Below are positions 49,961-64,000 of a stretch of DNA of 64,000 bases, one piece after another. The stretch comes from Octopus sinensis (Eukaryota). Location of the stretch: contig NC_043019.1 in assembly GCF_006345805.1 (NCBI RefSeq), positions 31,247,360-31,311,359 on the forward strand, in the 5' to 3' direction. The first letter of the stretch is position 1, and each line of letters opens with the position of its first letter. A program made the position numbers and the translations under genes. The notes under the pieces were generated by a model, which had not been told where the DNA came from, made no database searches, and saw only the letters and a program-made list of their open reading frames with translations.

Positions 49961-50764
49961 GGTGATTCATATCAAGATAAACAGTGCATGACCTTGACAT
50001 ATTTCAACAAGAAAGCGGTTTCAAATATGACATTCTTCAGTAAAAGATAAAAGGGTAAAGACCTCCTTTGGTCATGAATGACCATGGGATTGCACCTAGA
50101 ATGTTCGCTTCTGATGCACAAGTCTGGGTAAGGTTGTTTATGGAAGACCAGCAGTCACCCATGCATACCAGCCTCTCCTCTCTACACCACCAATGTTATC
50201 CAAGGGAAAAGCAAAGGTTGATACAGCTTGGCACCAGTGATGTCACAACTAATTTCTACAGCTAAATGAACTGGAGCAACATGAAATAAAGTATCTTGTT
50301 GAAGAACACAACACACAGCCCAGTCTGGGAATTGAACTCACTATCTTATGTCTGTGAGCCTGATGCTCTAACCACTGAGCCATATGTGGTATATAAAACT
50401 GCTTTCCACAGTTAAGGGTTATGGAATCTTGAGTCGATATATCTGCATATACAGGATGGGCTTCATTCAGTTTCTATCTACCAAATCCATTCATAAGGCT
50501 CTGGTCAACGTTAGGCTATATAGAAGACACTTATCCAAGGTGCTCTGCAGTGGGACTGAACCCTAAACTACAGAATGAGAAAGATCTTATAAAACATAAA
50601 AATGTCACAAATTAGAAATTTTGGAAGGATCTTGGTTCCAAATATTTGCTACTGAGACAAGAAATCTTAGAATAAAAAAAGCTGAAAGTTACAATGAAAT
50701 TTTTAAATGACAAATCCAAAAGTGCAAACTCAAAGGAACTAAGCTTTTTAACAACAGAACAATA

Positions 50765-50801
<37 letters not shown>

Positions 50802-51530
50802 GTTTAACGTCCGTTTTCCACGCTAGCACGGGTTGGACGGTTCGACCGGGGTCTGGGAAGCCAGGGGCTGCTCCAGGCTCCCGTCTGATCTGGGAGAGTT
50901 TCTACGGCTGGATGCCCTTCCTAATGCCAACCACTCCGCGAGTGTAGTTTGTTAATATTCATGGTATTATTTCTCACAGCAAATATTGAATGAAGATAGT
51001 ATATCTCACAATGATAGACATATTCTTTTCTACTTTAGGCACAAGGCCCAAAATTTTTGGGGTGCAGGCTAGTTGATTAGATTGACTCCAGTACACAACT
51101 GGTACTTAATTTATCAACCCCAAAAGGCTGAAAGGCAAAGTCGACCTCGGCAGTATTTGAACTCAGAATGTAAAGACAGACGAAACAATAGTAGACATAT
51201 TGAAATAACCTATCTTTCTGATTCTAAGTAATGGACAAATTATTTGAGAAGCAAATGGGGTCCTTGCATTGATAGAATTATGTGACTGAAATAGCTGAAA
51301 AAAAAAACATCTTTTGTAATACCATATTTTCTGACATGCAAGTAAAATTTTTCAAACCAAAACTTTCAGTCCAAAAATGAATAAGTAGACTTAGACACCA
51401 AGATGACTTTGGGGGACCAAAAATTCCATGTGAAATGAAGCAGAATTTGGAAAGATAGTGATGATGTTTGAATGTTTACATTACATGTTTACACTATTTA
51501 CTACGTTAACTATATGCCAGAAAAATGGTG

Positions 51531-51607
<77 letters not shown>

Positions 51608-52734
51608 TATATATAATATATATATATATTATATATATATATGTATGTATGAATGTATATATATATACATATATATATATTATATATATTGTTATATTTC
51701 GGAATGGTCATTTTGCCAGTTTAGCCAATAAATCTTGCACAACAAATATATATATATATATGTATATATAATACATATATGTCTGTATGTGTGTATGTAT
51801 GTAATCAATATCATCACCAAATGATTGATACATGTTCCCAATCTTGTCAGTGAGCCTACTACATTTCTTTTCTGTTTTCAAAATGGTACTGTATAATATC
51901 CATTATCAAATTCTTCTGACTTCTGCATCACTTCTAGAACCATTTCAATGCCAGTGTCTACTTATTTTACTTGTCTGTGGAATATGTTTATAACTTAGGA
52001 GAGAATGCATTTAACCATTGATTTCTCTGTCGTCAAAGACTTGCTTTTTTATGTTTTCATTTCCAAAAATGGTATTTATATATTATGCAGACTTTCTAGA
52101 ATCATAAGTTAAATCCCAGACTGCTGAAGCAGATGTTTTGCCTGTTTATTGTGAAGTGTCATTAGCAAATACTACTTCTAATTGTTAGCATTGATGATGG
52201 TGGCGATGATGACGGTGGTGGTGTTGTTGCTGATGTGGATGTAAGAAAGAAGAGAAATAACATGGTAATGTAACTCTAGGCAACGAATTAGGAGAGGCAT
52301 TTGATAGAATAATGTCTCGCAGTATTGGTTCCTATCCTCTGCGCTGTGATTTCAAATCCCGCAGGAGTCAATTTTGCTTCTCATGCTTTTGGAGTTGATA
52401 CACACAGTACAAGTCTAGGGTGGTGGGTTGGTTGAATTATTTGAGCACCATCAGGAAAGTTGTCTTGTAGAATCTGCTTTAGGGCTTTTCTGAATTCCAG
52501 CTCTTGAGTTTGTCTTGAATTAATTGTGATCCCTAGAAGTTCTGCAAAATCAAGCATATTGGAAAATTATGTCCACAACCTGGACCAAAAGCTCTCTGGA
52601 ACAATTCAGCCTAATAGTGATATTTAGAAAACCCATGCTACCCTTTTTTTGTATATAAAATAGACATAAATAATAAGTCATTGTATTTTAGCCTAAACAC
52701 CAGATTATACTTGCAAATATAAACTCAAGGACAC

Positions 52735-53369
52735 ACATACACACATGCATTACAACCATATGTGTGTGACATGATCACATATCAAGATAAATAGTGCATG
52801 ACCTTGAAGGTGGAGCCCAATTATAATTCTCTTTGGGTCGAGTATCCCATCCCCTTCAAAAGGTCTCTGAATAAGTTTTGTTTTAAGTATGATGAGCAAA
52901 ACTGGGCTAGAAATATACGAAGCCCAATATACTCATCATGACTAACCATCTGATAAGGTACACAAGGCACATGCATCGTGATCTCATATCAAGATAAACA
53001 ACACATGACTTTGCAGGTGGTGTGCAGTTAGAATTTTCTTCAGGTTGAGTAGCCCATCCCACTCTAAAGGTGTCTGGAGAAGGTTTGTTTAAGGATGATG
53101 AACAAAACACTCATGTTTCCAGAGGCGAATTATTCAAACTCCAAAGATTTCCTCTCAACACATGGCTATGATGCTCCCCTGCATCATTAGCCACAAAGGG
53201 ACTTGCCCAATGGGTTAAGGTCAAGCAACTGATAAGCAAATATGTGATACTGAGCAGATTATTTACAGTAGCCCATTTTTTATACCAAGATAAAACGTGT
53301 ATATGATAACACTTCCAAACAATTAAGATCAAAAGCCATGAGAGCCACTGCTTGGTATTGCATCAGAGC

Positions 53370-53372
<3 letters not shown>
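52735..53372. repeat. Interspersed repeat family with an internal tandem duplication, ending at (TTA)n; also partial at 48412-48530 and 49275-49400
   Basis: GAAGCCCAATATAC.CATCATGAC...GATAAGG.TACAC..GGCACATGCATC shared between the three sites; class not determined. Confidence 0.7.
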
Positions 53373-53411
<39 letters not shown>

Positions 53412-53489
53412 GGTGGCAAGATGGCAGAACCATTAGCATGCTGGGCAAAATGCATAGTGGCATTTTGTAATATATAGTAATAATGAAAT

Positions 53490-53815
53490 TATTGTATACA
53501 GTGCTCAGGTGCACCACAACTTGTCAAAAGTGCATATAAAGCATATGCAGTAATGTACAAATGTCTGGAAAGTGAACAGTGTATGAGTCAGATATAGGCT
53601 TGCATGTGTATGGAGGGGAGAAAATCAGGTGTAGTGTTGGTGAATCTCAGGAAGCATGGAAGTTTTGAAGGATGCAGTGCTCCGACAACTAACGACTGAT
53701 GCCGGCAGTCTGTTTCCATGCTTCAGCAACTTTTAGCGTGAAAAAATGTTTCCGAAAGTCATGGGAGCTGTGCTGTTTTCTGACTTTGTAAACATGTCCA
53801 CAGGTGTTAGACAGA
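53490..53815 (-). mobile_element. CR1-like LINE extreme 3' fragment
   Basis: Homologous to 57130-57370 (TTTCCGAAAGTCATGGGAGCTGTGCTGTTTTCTGACTTTGT). Confidence 0.75.
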
Positions 53816-54446
53816 TGGAGTTTGTCTGTCTATGTTCTGAGTTCAAATCCTACCAAGGTTGACTTGGTAGGATTTGAGGGTCGATAAATTAGGTATCAGT
53901 GAAACCCTGGGGCCAATGAAATTGACTAGTCCCTTCTCACAAAATTTCTGGCCTCATACCTTTAGAAGAAAGGATTATTACCATTATCATCACCATCATT
54001 ATTTACCATTCAAGAAGCTTCAGCTATTGCTCACATGCATGCACTCACAACCCTATGTTCCCAGACACACACACATACAAGAGCCCTTAATGCAATGTAG
54101 TTAACCAAATGCTCTACTGATTCTGCTTAATCTGACACCTGGTGTCTGTGTCTCTCTGGATAAATTTAATATCAAACTGCCAACCATATAAATTGCTGTG
54201 AAATGAAATTAAATGAATTCAGAGAAAGGAGAAAATTCTATTGTTTCCCTTACACACACACACACAATATCTGTCAATAAATTAAATTGAACATCTGCCA
54301 GTAGCTAAAATTGAGTTAGAGCATTCTTTGGTTTCAAATCAAACATACCTGAGTGGCTGAAACGCACACTCACACTCACACACACACACATGTATATATG
54401 CATATACATACATATATTTATATACATATATATAAATACATGCATA

Positions 54447-54826
54447 TCTCTCTCTATATAAACGGCAGTTTGTCTGTGCGTTTTCTGTGTGTCTGTTTTC
54501 TCGTACCCTCACTCTGACCACGGCTTTCAACCGATTCTGATGAAACTTGACACACACATAGCCCAATGTCATAATTCAAAACTAACGCAGCGAAAATTTT
54601 GAAAAGTTCCCCCAGTTCTGAAAAAATCGATAATTCGACATGGGGTCGAGAATCAGAAACCCAAACCACAGACCGTCTAGGGGACGCAACTCCACCTTTT
54701 TTAACTCTCAAAAAAAATTTACCATCATTTTTTCCATTTTTTTGCTATTTTTTGGCTATAACTCTCTAAAAATGCTTTATAGTTATTTCCCTTACAAACC
54801 TGAGCAACGCCGGGCGATACTGCTAG
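54447..54826 (+). mobile_element. Complete non-autonomous Helitron (380 bp)
   Basis: A|TC 5' end (TCTCTCTCTATATAAACGGC), imperfect 3' hairpin CCTGAGCAACGCCGGG, and CTAG|T 3' end; no target duplication. Confidence 0.8.
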
Positions 54827-54873
54827 TCAATATATATATAATATATACATATACATATGTGTAAATCTATCTG

Positions 54874-54974
<101 letters not shown>

Positions 54975-55146
54975 GTATATATACATATATACATATATAT
55001 ATATATATGTGTATACATTCAATATTAGTGATGATTATGTGTGCCTATACATGCATATACAGGTGTATGTAATGTATATTATATAGATAGATAGATAAAT
55101 AGAGAGAGAGAGAGAGAGAGGTAAACAGATAGATATATAGGCATAA

Positions 55147-55188
<42 letters not shown>

Positions 55189-55554
55189 TATAATTAGGTA
55201 TGTGTGTGTGTGTTGTGTTTGTGTGTGTGTCTTTGTGCAAATTTTTGACCAGTTACCAATTTCTATATAATTAAGATCATGAAACCACTAAACCATAGGA
55301 CATTGTAGTTTGTGGAATAAATCTATCTCCATTCCAAACAATTATATTTAATAATGATTTCAAGCATTATTCATTCATTGATATTTTTTTCCCCCCTTTT
55401 TTATTTTTCATATTATTTTATGTCATTGTTTTGAGAGGAGGATACAACCTTGTCACACGATGCTGGTGTCATAGGTATTCTTATTTGTAAGCATACAAAT
55501 ATTTACTTACACACAGAGATGTGTCTATATTCATATATTTACATTTATACATAC

Positions 55555-55985
55555 ATACTCTCTTTACTCTTTTACCTCTCTTACTTGTTTCAGTCATGTG
55601 ACTGTGACAATGCTGGAGCACTGCCTTTAGTCGAACAAATCAACACCAAGACTTATTCTTTGTAAGCCTAGTACTTATTCTTTCAGTCTCTTTTGCCGAA
55701 CCGCTAAGTTACGGGGACGTAAACACATCAGCATCAGTTGTCAAGCGATGGTGGGGGGACAAACACAGACACACAAACATATACACACACATACATACAT
55801 ATATATACATATATGTATATATGATGGGCTTCTTTCAGTTTCCGTCTACCAAATCCACTTACAAGGCTTTGGTTGGCCCGAGGCTATAGTAGATCACACT
55901 TGCCCAAGGTGCCATGCAGTAGGACTGAACCTGGAATCCTGTGGTTGATAACCAAGCTACTTACCACACAGCCACTCCTGCACCT
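55555..55985 (-). mobile_element. SINE family A, full length
   Basis: Reverse complement of the family A consensus motifs. Confidence 0.9.
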
Positions 55986-56299
55986 ATAAACAGAAATACA
56001 TATAGAAATACATTTACGTATATGTGCATTTGTGTAATTATATACATATGTGTGGTATTTGTATGAATGTTTGTTTGTGTGTGTTGATGATTTCTGTAGG
56101 CCACTGGTATATATCTTTTATTTATTTTGCTTCCTTTGCTAATTTACCATTCCTGATGATATAAAATAAAGCTGAAATAAATGTTTGAAATATTCAAATA
56201 ATAATAAGATTAGAATTAAGCTCTGCACTCTCCTAATCTTTGAGCATTTACTTGAACAGGCTATTTTGAGTTGTTGACAGCAGGTACCCCATTTACATA

Positions 56300-56508
56300 C
56301 AGGGTGTCTCAGAAGTCGCACACCACCCTGGTTTTTTAAAAGAATACACCCTTATTGATTTCAAAAACATTTTATTGAAATTAATCATAAAAAATGCTCA
56401 AATTGAGCACCCTCTACAATAAAACATGCAGAAAAAATATAATAAAATAAAATGCTTTAATTATTTTAAATGAAAACCAGAATGGTGCACGACTTCTGGA
56501 ACACCCTG
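56300..56508. mobile_element. Tc1/mariner-like MITE with TA target duplications
   Basis: TA|CAGGGTGTCTCAGAAGTCGCACACCA ... TGGTGCACGACTTCTGGAACACCCTG|TA. Confidence 0.88.
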
Positions 56509-56559
56509 TATAAAGAATATATATAGATAAATGTGTATATATATGTATGAACTTTAGGT

Positions 56560-57011
56560 TACTGTATATACTCACAGACAAGTTGCACTTTTTTACCAAA
56601 AATTTTAACATAAATTAGGGGTGCAACCTACCTGCTCAATATAACAGGGATCTGAGGTAGACATTTTTCTTGTCAAGTTCATACTATCATTTTTTTTTTG
56701 TCAAGTTGATTTATCAATTAGACTACTTTCATAAAATCACTTCAACAAAAATGTTTTAATATTTGTAAGCAAAGTTTTGAAATAAAGGTAAATATTTGAA
56801 AATATTTAACAAATATTAGTTATATTTATGTTTAGAAGGGCTGTGTAATCCCCCAGATTATAGTGTGACGTATCTGCAAGTCAACTGCAAATACCCTATT
56901 TTGACAACCTTAAACTAAGGGTGCAACCTACCCACTGGTGCCACCTATCCACTGGTGTGACATATCCACTGGTGCAACCTATTCGCTGGTGTAGCCTATT
57001 CATGAGTATAT
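56560..57011. mobile_element. Degenerate MITE (CTGTATATACTCA...TGAGTATATA termini) with 17-bp tandem subrepeats
   Basis: Terminal TATATACTCA/TGAGTATATA; CCTATCCACTGGTG(C)AA repeated about 4 times at 56927-56995. Confidence 0.55.
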
Positions 57012-57029
57012 AAAAAAATAATAATAATA

Positions 57030-58040
57030 ATATAATTATTGTGTATAGTACTCAGCTGTACTACAACTCATCAAAGTTGTATGTACAGTACATAGAATTA
57101 TGTGCAAAAATCAGGAAAGAGAACAGTGTTTGAGTCATGATATACATGTGTGAATGCGTATGGAGGGGGGATATCAGGTGTAGTGTTGGCGAATTTCAGG
57201 AAGCATGGATATTTTAAAGGATGCAATGTCTTAGTGATTAACAACTGATACAAGTAGTTTGTTCCATGCTTCAGCAATTCTGAGTGTGAAAAAAATGTTT
57301 CTGAAAGTCATGGGAGCTGTGCTGTTTTCTGACTTTGTTGGCATGCTCACATGTGTTAGACACATGGAATTCAAAAAGGTGCTCAAGATGGTTGTTGGCA
57401 TGATGGTTAATAATTTTGCAAGTGTTTAACCAAGTCAGTTGTCATACGTTAGAGCTTCAATATATCTATGCCCAGGGAAGCAAGGTGTTCAGAGTATGGT
57501 AGATGCCTGATGGAGGGTATTCGCTTGGTTTCACACCTCTGAACAGTTTCCAGAAGGTCAATGTTGTTCTGAGCAAGACAGGGGTTATAGACTGGTGATG
57601 CAAATTCCAAGTGTGGCCGCACCATAGCCATATGCAGCCTTAAATAGATAGCCGGAGAGTGGCTGACAAAGGTCTTGCTGAGTGATGCCAAGACACCCTT
57701 GGCCTCCTTGACAATTTTAGAAATGTGCTTTGTCCAGCACAAATCACTGCTGACAGTAATGCCCAGGTCATCTTCACAAGAAGACTTCTTGATATTAGTG
57801 TTGTGGAGAGAGTATGTGGACGTTGGGTTTTTCCTCCCAAAATGCATGGTGGTACACTTATTCACAGCCAGCTTCAGTTGCCAGTCCTGTGATCCATTGT
57901 TGCACTGTGTCCAGGTCCAATTGCAGGAAAGATCTATAGTGTACAGGATCTGTCCTTTTTTTCTCAAGGTACAGCTTGATGTCATCTGCATGTTTCAACA
58001 CTGTGGCATTCTTTAAGTTGGCATCCGTACAGTAGTTAAA
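57030..58040 (-). mobile_element. CR1-like LINE 3' fragment (RT C-terminus)
   Basis: HADDIKLY, LQLDLDTVQQW, KCTTMHFG, DLGITVSSDL, MVRPHLEFASPV, LETVQR. Confidence 0.88.
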
Positions 58041-58397
58041 ATATGTGTGTGACATATTTTAACTACCAAAGGCAAATTCACTGCAGTTACTGTGCAGAAA
58101 AATTCTCTCTCATGCTAAGGGAAAAGACCCCCTTTTGTCATGAATAATCATAGGATTGCACTTAGAAAGTTCCCCTCTGAGGTACAAGTCTGGGCAATTT
58201 TGTTTTAAGGAAGACCAACAGTCACCCATACATACCAGCCCACCATCTCCACGCCACCAATGTTATCCAAGGGAAAGGCAAAAGGGGCCGATACAGCTTG
58301 GCCCCAGTGATGTCACTCATCATTTCTGAACCTGAGTCCATGTAATTCTGTTTAGCAAAGATAATTTGTATTTTAAGAAAAATCCATTTCCACAGAT

Positions 58398-58783
58398 ACT
58401 TACCAACCACATGGTTCCGGGTTCATTCCCACTGCTTGTGGCACCTTGGGCAAGTGTCTTCTACTATAGCCTTGGGCCGACCAAAGCCTTGTGAGTGGAT
58501 TTGGTAGACGGAAACTGGAAGAAGCCCGTCGTATATATGTATATATATATGTATGTATGTATATGTTTGTGTGTCTGTGTTTGTCCCCCCACCATTGCTT
58601 GACAACCGATGGTGGTGTGTTTATGTCCCGTAACTTAGCGGTTCAGCAAAAGAGACTGATAGAATAAGTACTAGGCTTACAAAGAATAAGTCCTGGGGTC
58701 GATTTACTCGACTAGAAGGCAGTGCTCCAGCATGGCCGCAGTCAAATGACTGAAACAAGTAAAAGAGTAAAGAGTAAAGAGAG

Positions 58784-58785
<2 letters not shown>
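58398..58785 (+). mobile_element. SINE family A, slightly 5'-truncated
   Basis: Family motifs. Confidence 0.88.
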
Positions 58786-58819
<34 letters not shown>

Positions 58820-59214
58820 ACTCACACACACATGCATACACATATAAATACACACGCCACACATACACACACTTGCATGCAGAAGCACATGCTGAGATAC
58901 AAACCTACCTCTATACATATAAACTCATGCTTACCTAGCAATATTATTCTTAAGCACAAAACAGCAGTCGAGTATTTGTATGCACGTTTTTCTAATCTGA
59001 AAACCTGAATATTTCTGTTTTTAATGCTTGTTTATTATTGTTGTTGCTGTTGCTGTCCTTCCTAGTTTTAACCATTCCATTAATGATGTGATTTTTTTTT
59101 GTTTGTTTATAAACAAACATTGATTGTAAATTTTCTTTTGTTTGCATTTTTATTTTTGTTCTCTATTTTGTAAATTTTTCTTCTTTTTAAAGCTTTATTT
59201 ATCTATCTTTTCAC

Positions 59215-59215
59215 A

Positions 59216-59264
<49 letters not shown>

Positions 59265-59293
59265 TATTATTATTATGATTATTATTATTATTA

Positions 59294-59326
<33 letters not shown>

Positions 59327-59395
59327 GTTTATTATTATTATTATTATATTATTATTATTGTTATTATTATTATTATTATTATATTATTATTATTA

Positions 59396-59491
<96 letters not shown>

Positions 59492-59900
59492 CATTGTTAT
59501 TATTATTATTATTATATTATTATTGTTATTGTTGTTATTATTATTATTGTTATTATTCAGAAAATCATTATTCAGTACTATTGTTAACCTCCTCCTCATT
59601 GTCACTAACATCATAATCATCACCATCATCATCGTCATCCTCACCATCGTCATTGTCATTGTCGTTATTGGTGTCATCATCATCATCATCAACATCATCA
59701 TTGCTGTGAACATCATTATCCTACTTATTTTTGCTGTTGTTGCCATCATCAGCATCATCATTACTGTCATCATTAACTATTGTTGTCTTTTAGCATCATC
59801 ATCATCATCATCATCATGGCAGTAGTAATAATAATAATAATAATAATAATAATATTGATGATAATAATCCTCGTCATCAGTAGCATCATCATCATCATCG
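59215..59900. repeat. (TTA)n (~350 bp) followed by (CAT)n-rich and (TAA)n microsatellites
   Basis: Direct reading. Confidence 0.95.
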
Positions 59901-60464
59901 TCTTTTAGTCTTCAATTAATTCTTAATGATAAGTGGTTTATTTTGATGTTGCATCCACATTTTCTTGAGTAATATTTTTTCTTTCTTTTTACAATGCTAC
60001 ATTTCCGATGCAATTAGACATTGCTTCAGGGATATAAGCACACAACCACATATTCAATACACACACACAGAAGCTCAGACACACACACACACAGCATGCA
60101 CATTCACACATACACACACACATACACTCATATATTCAATAAACATTTGCATATAACACTTGTGCACCATTTTAAACAGACATTCCTATACATCTATTCC
60201 TATCTATGCATACTTGCATGCAGATATGCACATCTTCCTGAATAGAACACTCTCTCTTTTTATACATACATACATATATGTATATATGCATACATGAACA
60301 CACACACACATAGATGTATAAATGCATAAATACATATACATGCACACACACCCTCATGCATACATTGGAAGTCAGTCAGGTGAGTGATGTATAAAAAAAG
60401 TACAGGTACTTGAGTCACTTTAGTAACATTTGAGTGATTAAAAATAAACAATGTCTTTATATAA

Positions 60465-60643
60465 TGTATGTATGTGTATACATATACATACATACATGCA
60501 TACATACATACATACATACACACATACATACATACATACATACATACATACATACACACATACATACATACATACATAATACATACATACATACATACAT
60601 ACATACATACATACATACATACACACATACATACATACATACA

Positions 60644-60677
<34 letters not shown>

Positions 60678-60839
60678 CATACATACATACACACATACAT
60701 ACATACATACATACATACATACATACATACATACATACATACATACATACATACATACATACATACATACATGCATGCATACATACATACATACACACAT
60801 ACATACATACATACATACATACATACATACATACATACA

Positions 60840-60895
<56 letters not shown>
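60465..60895. repeat. (CATA)n microsatellite (~400 bp) ending in (TA)n
   Basis: Direct reading. Confidence 0.97.
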
Positions 60896-60897
<2 letters not shown>

Positions 60898-60989
60898 GAA
60901 AATTTAGATTCAGATGAATATGGTACTTATGTTGAGGCACCAGAATTTAGTATGGTATTATCCATACAATTCCAAAGTAAGGTGATTAA

Positions 60990-61183
60990 AATCAACATAA
61001 GCAACAAGGATATCCAGAGGTGATGTCCATCTGTTGTAATTTAATTAAATTCTATGTCTTTGTGTAGCTGAAGATTGCTCTACATTTTAAACTGATGCAG
61101 TGATTGCATTGTTCAATTAAATGGAGTTGCATGAAACGATCATACTACATTACCTCTGGATATCCTTGTTGCTTATTTTGATT
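60990..61183. mobile_element. Small MITE with ~37-bp terminal inverted repeats
   Basis: AATCAACATAAGCAACAAGGATATCCAGAGGTGATGT versus ACATTACCTCTGGATATCCTTGTTGCTTATTTTGATT; target duplication unclear. Confidence 0.75.
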
Positions 61184-61212
61184 ATATATATATATATATA
61201 TATAGATATATA

Positions 61213-61263
<51 letters not shown>

Positions 61264-61439
61264 GTCATACACACACATGCACACCACATATATACATGTA
61301 AACAAAGACTGGGATTTATGGTATTATGTTTAATTCTGTAGTTACAGTTGTTTCAATACAACAGGGATAATATTTTCCCCCAAAATAAATATTCTTTTCT
61401 ACTCTAGCACAAGGTCTGAAATTTTTGTGGAGGGGGCCA

Positions 61440-61972
61440 GTCAATTAGATCGACCCTAGTATGCAACTGGTACCTAATTTATCGACTCCGAAAGGATAAA
61501 AGGCAATGTCAACCTTGGTGGAATTTGAATTCAGAACGTAAAGAAAGACAAAATACCTATTTCTTTACTACCCGCAAGGGGCTAAACATAGAGGGTACAA
61601 ACAAGGACAGACAAACGAATTAAGTTAATTACATCGACCCTAGTGCAACTGGTACCTAATTTATCGACTCCGAAAGGATAAAAGGCAATGTCAACCTTGG
61701 TGGAATTTGAATTCAGAACATAAAGAAAGACAAAATACCTATTTCTTTACTACCCACAAGGGGCTAAACATAGAGGGTACAAACAAGGACAGACAAACGA
61801 ATTAAGTTGATTACATCGACCCTAGTGCGTAACTGGTACTTAATTTATCGACCCCGAAAGGATGAAAGGCAAAGTCGACCTTGGCGGAATTTGAACTCAG
61901 AATGTAACAGCAGATGAAATACGGCTACGCATTTCACCCGACGTGCTAACGTTTCTGCCAGCTCGCCACCTT
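61440..61972 (-). mobile_element. SINE family B with the ~179-bp body repeated about 3 times in tandem
   Basis: ATCGACCCTAGT..AACTGGTAC.TAATTTATCGAC block near 61449, 61633 and 61815. Confidence 0.9.
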
Positions 61973-62399
61973 CCCAAAAATAAATATTAATATCAAAATG
62001 TATATAATGTATTCATAGTAAAATAATATATGCGGTTTGGGCTATACCATTTGATGGTAATTAGGTTTGTTATATACCTTGTGATTGGCACCATCAATAT
62101 ATTTCATGTCAGTGTTAATCAATGGTGGTGATCCATAACAAAGTTTTGGTGGCTAATGATGAGTTTTAGATCTTAACGTGTTGCATTATGCAATTAAAAT
62201 TGACTTTATAATTGGTAGTTCATTAGACTTTCCTTAATTAATTTTGAGGACCATTTTCTGGAAAGGGTTGTCTTTAACTAAGCATAGGCAGATATTCTTT
62301 CCACTATAGGAACCAAGCCTGAAACTTGGGAGTCAGGAGCTAGTCAATTACATTAACCCCAGTGCTCAACTGGTACTTACTTCATTGACTCTGGATGGA

Positions 62400-62742
62400 T
62401 AAAAGTGACCTGCTGTGCTTGAGGAGACCTATTGAGTCAAGTACATCAACATCAAAATAATAAATCAATGGAAATCGTTATGCCGGTGGCATGTAAAATA
62501 CATCATCCGAATGTGGTGGATGTTGCCAGCCTCCTCTGGCCCCTGTGCTGGTGGAACGTAAAAAGCACCCACTACAGTTACAGAGTGGTTGGCTTTAGGA
62601 AGGGCATCCAGCTGTAGAAACACTGCCAGATCAGACTGGTGCCTGGTGCAGCCTCCTGGCTTCCCAGACCCTGGTTGAACCATCCAACCTTTGCTAGCAT
62701 GGAAAACGAACATTAAATGATGATGATGATGATGATGATATG

Positions 62743-62788
<46 letters not shown>

Positions 62789-63010
62789 GTGCATGTGTAT
62801 CTTTGTGTCTGTATTTGTGCCCCCACCATCACTTGACAGCAAAAAGGACCGATAGAATAAATACTAGGCTTACAACGAATAAGTCCATAAGTGTCCTCGG
62901 CGGCAATTTCTTCAACAAAAAGAAAAAAGAAACCTTTTAAGGCAGTGCTCCAGTATGGTCACAATCAAATGACTGAAACAAGTAAGAGAATTATAGAATA
63001 AAAGAATAAA
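62400..63010 (+). mobile_element. Family D element (~62400-62735) followed by a SINE family A tail (~62790-63010)
   Basis: Family motifs. Confidence 0.8.
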
Positions 63011-63384
63011 AGAATAAACACTTTGTCCAACATGCCAATAATTCAACCAGTTCACCACCTTGAAGTGTAAATAGCAGATAAGCTATGTTCAGAGTGGATT
63101 GAATGAGGATGGCATCTGTGGTGTGTATTTGCTATGTGATGTGTGACAGGTGTTTTAGTGCCAGGTAAAGATTATGTGGAGTATGTGCAGATATATTATA
63201 TGGAATGATAATTGCACCTGGTGTTATGTGATTTTTATGTCAAAATGTGGAATTTATTTATCATTTTTTTCTTTTAATAATTACCATTATTAACGTTGCT
63301 GTTATTTTCTAGCATTGTTGTGTTATGGAAAAGGTGATGCAGTTTGCAGGTAAAGCTGCGAGAACATCTAATCGTAACGTGGAT

Positions 63385-63950
63385 GTGTTTGCTTGTACAT
63401 GTACATGTGTGTGTTTGTGTGTGTGCAAATGTGTATGTGTGTGTGCATGTGCATGTTTGTACATGTGTGTATATGAGTGTGTGCGTGTGTCAGTGTATGT
63501 AAGTGTGTGAGTGTGCATGTGTGAATGTGTGTGTGTATGTTGTGTGTGGATGCACATACATGAGTGTATGTGTTGTGTGTGAATGTGTGCATGTGTGTGT
63601 GTTAGTGGATTGTGTGTGAATGTGCATGCGTGAGTTTGCATGTGTAAGTGTGCATGTGTGAGTGTGTGAGTGTGTGTGTGTGTGCAAATGTATGTGCTTA
63701 CACATGTGTATGTATACATGCTTGTACATGTATGTGTCAGTGTGCCATACACAAGTGTGAGTGTGTGTGTGAATCCTCATGTGAATGCATTTGAATGTGT
63801 CTGTGTGTGCTTATGCATATGTGCAAGTGCGTGTGTGTGCGCGTGAGTGAGAGTGTGTATGTATGAATGCTTGTACATGTATGCATGTGTGTGTGTGCAT
63901 ACATATTTGTACATGCACATGTGTTTGTATGTGCACATATGTGCACATTT
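63385..63950. repeat. Degenerate (TG)n/(ATGT)n low-complexity tract
   Basis: Direct reading. Confidence 0.9.
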
Positions 63951-64000
63951 GCAGCTTTGCTTTCATTGAATTCGATATTTCCTCCCACCCCACTCCACCC

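Noticed and set aside
53260-53372. Possible HDV-like ribozyme at the end of a (TAA)n-adjacent repeat
   Set aside because: I could not build the P1/P2/P3/P1.1 nested pseudoknot by eye.

Overview
Repeat-dense, AT-rich animal genomic DNA. The SINE, LINE and microsatellite content points to a coleoid cephalopod, probably Octopus (inferred, not database-checked). The only host coding exon I can support is a 79-nt first coding exon at 1691-1769 (+), MALILHLKSVDNLRSTCNRKAKVTFR-G, matching the start of the otoferlin C2A domain with the same phase-1 donor position as vertebrate OTOF exon 1. No exon 2 was recognised, so the remaining ~62 kb is probably one very large intron. That intron holds a Penelope-like (Neptune-type) element, a near full-length CR1-like LINE, RTE, Dong/R4, Tx1 and CRE LINE fragments, many tRNA-derived SINEs, piggyBac, hAT, Tc1 and Helitron non-autonomous elements, minisatellites and very long microsatellites. 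The most interesting signal is a set of minimal hammerhead ribozyme (HHR) motifs. One group lies in a ~359-bp tandem dimer with two HHR motifs per unit and a compensatory U3-A8 core (retrozyme-like, 25875-26595). Another pair lies in a 401-bp near-perfect palindrome with two outward-facing HHRs (12410-12810). Several degenerate motifs sit at Penelope-type 3' ends. Most ORFs in the supplied track are microsatellite artefacts. Boundaries of degenerate repeats are approximate.
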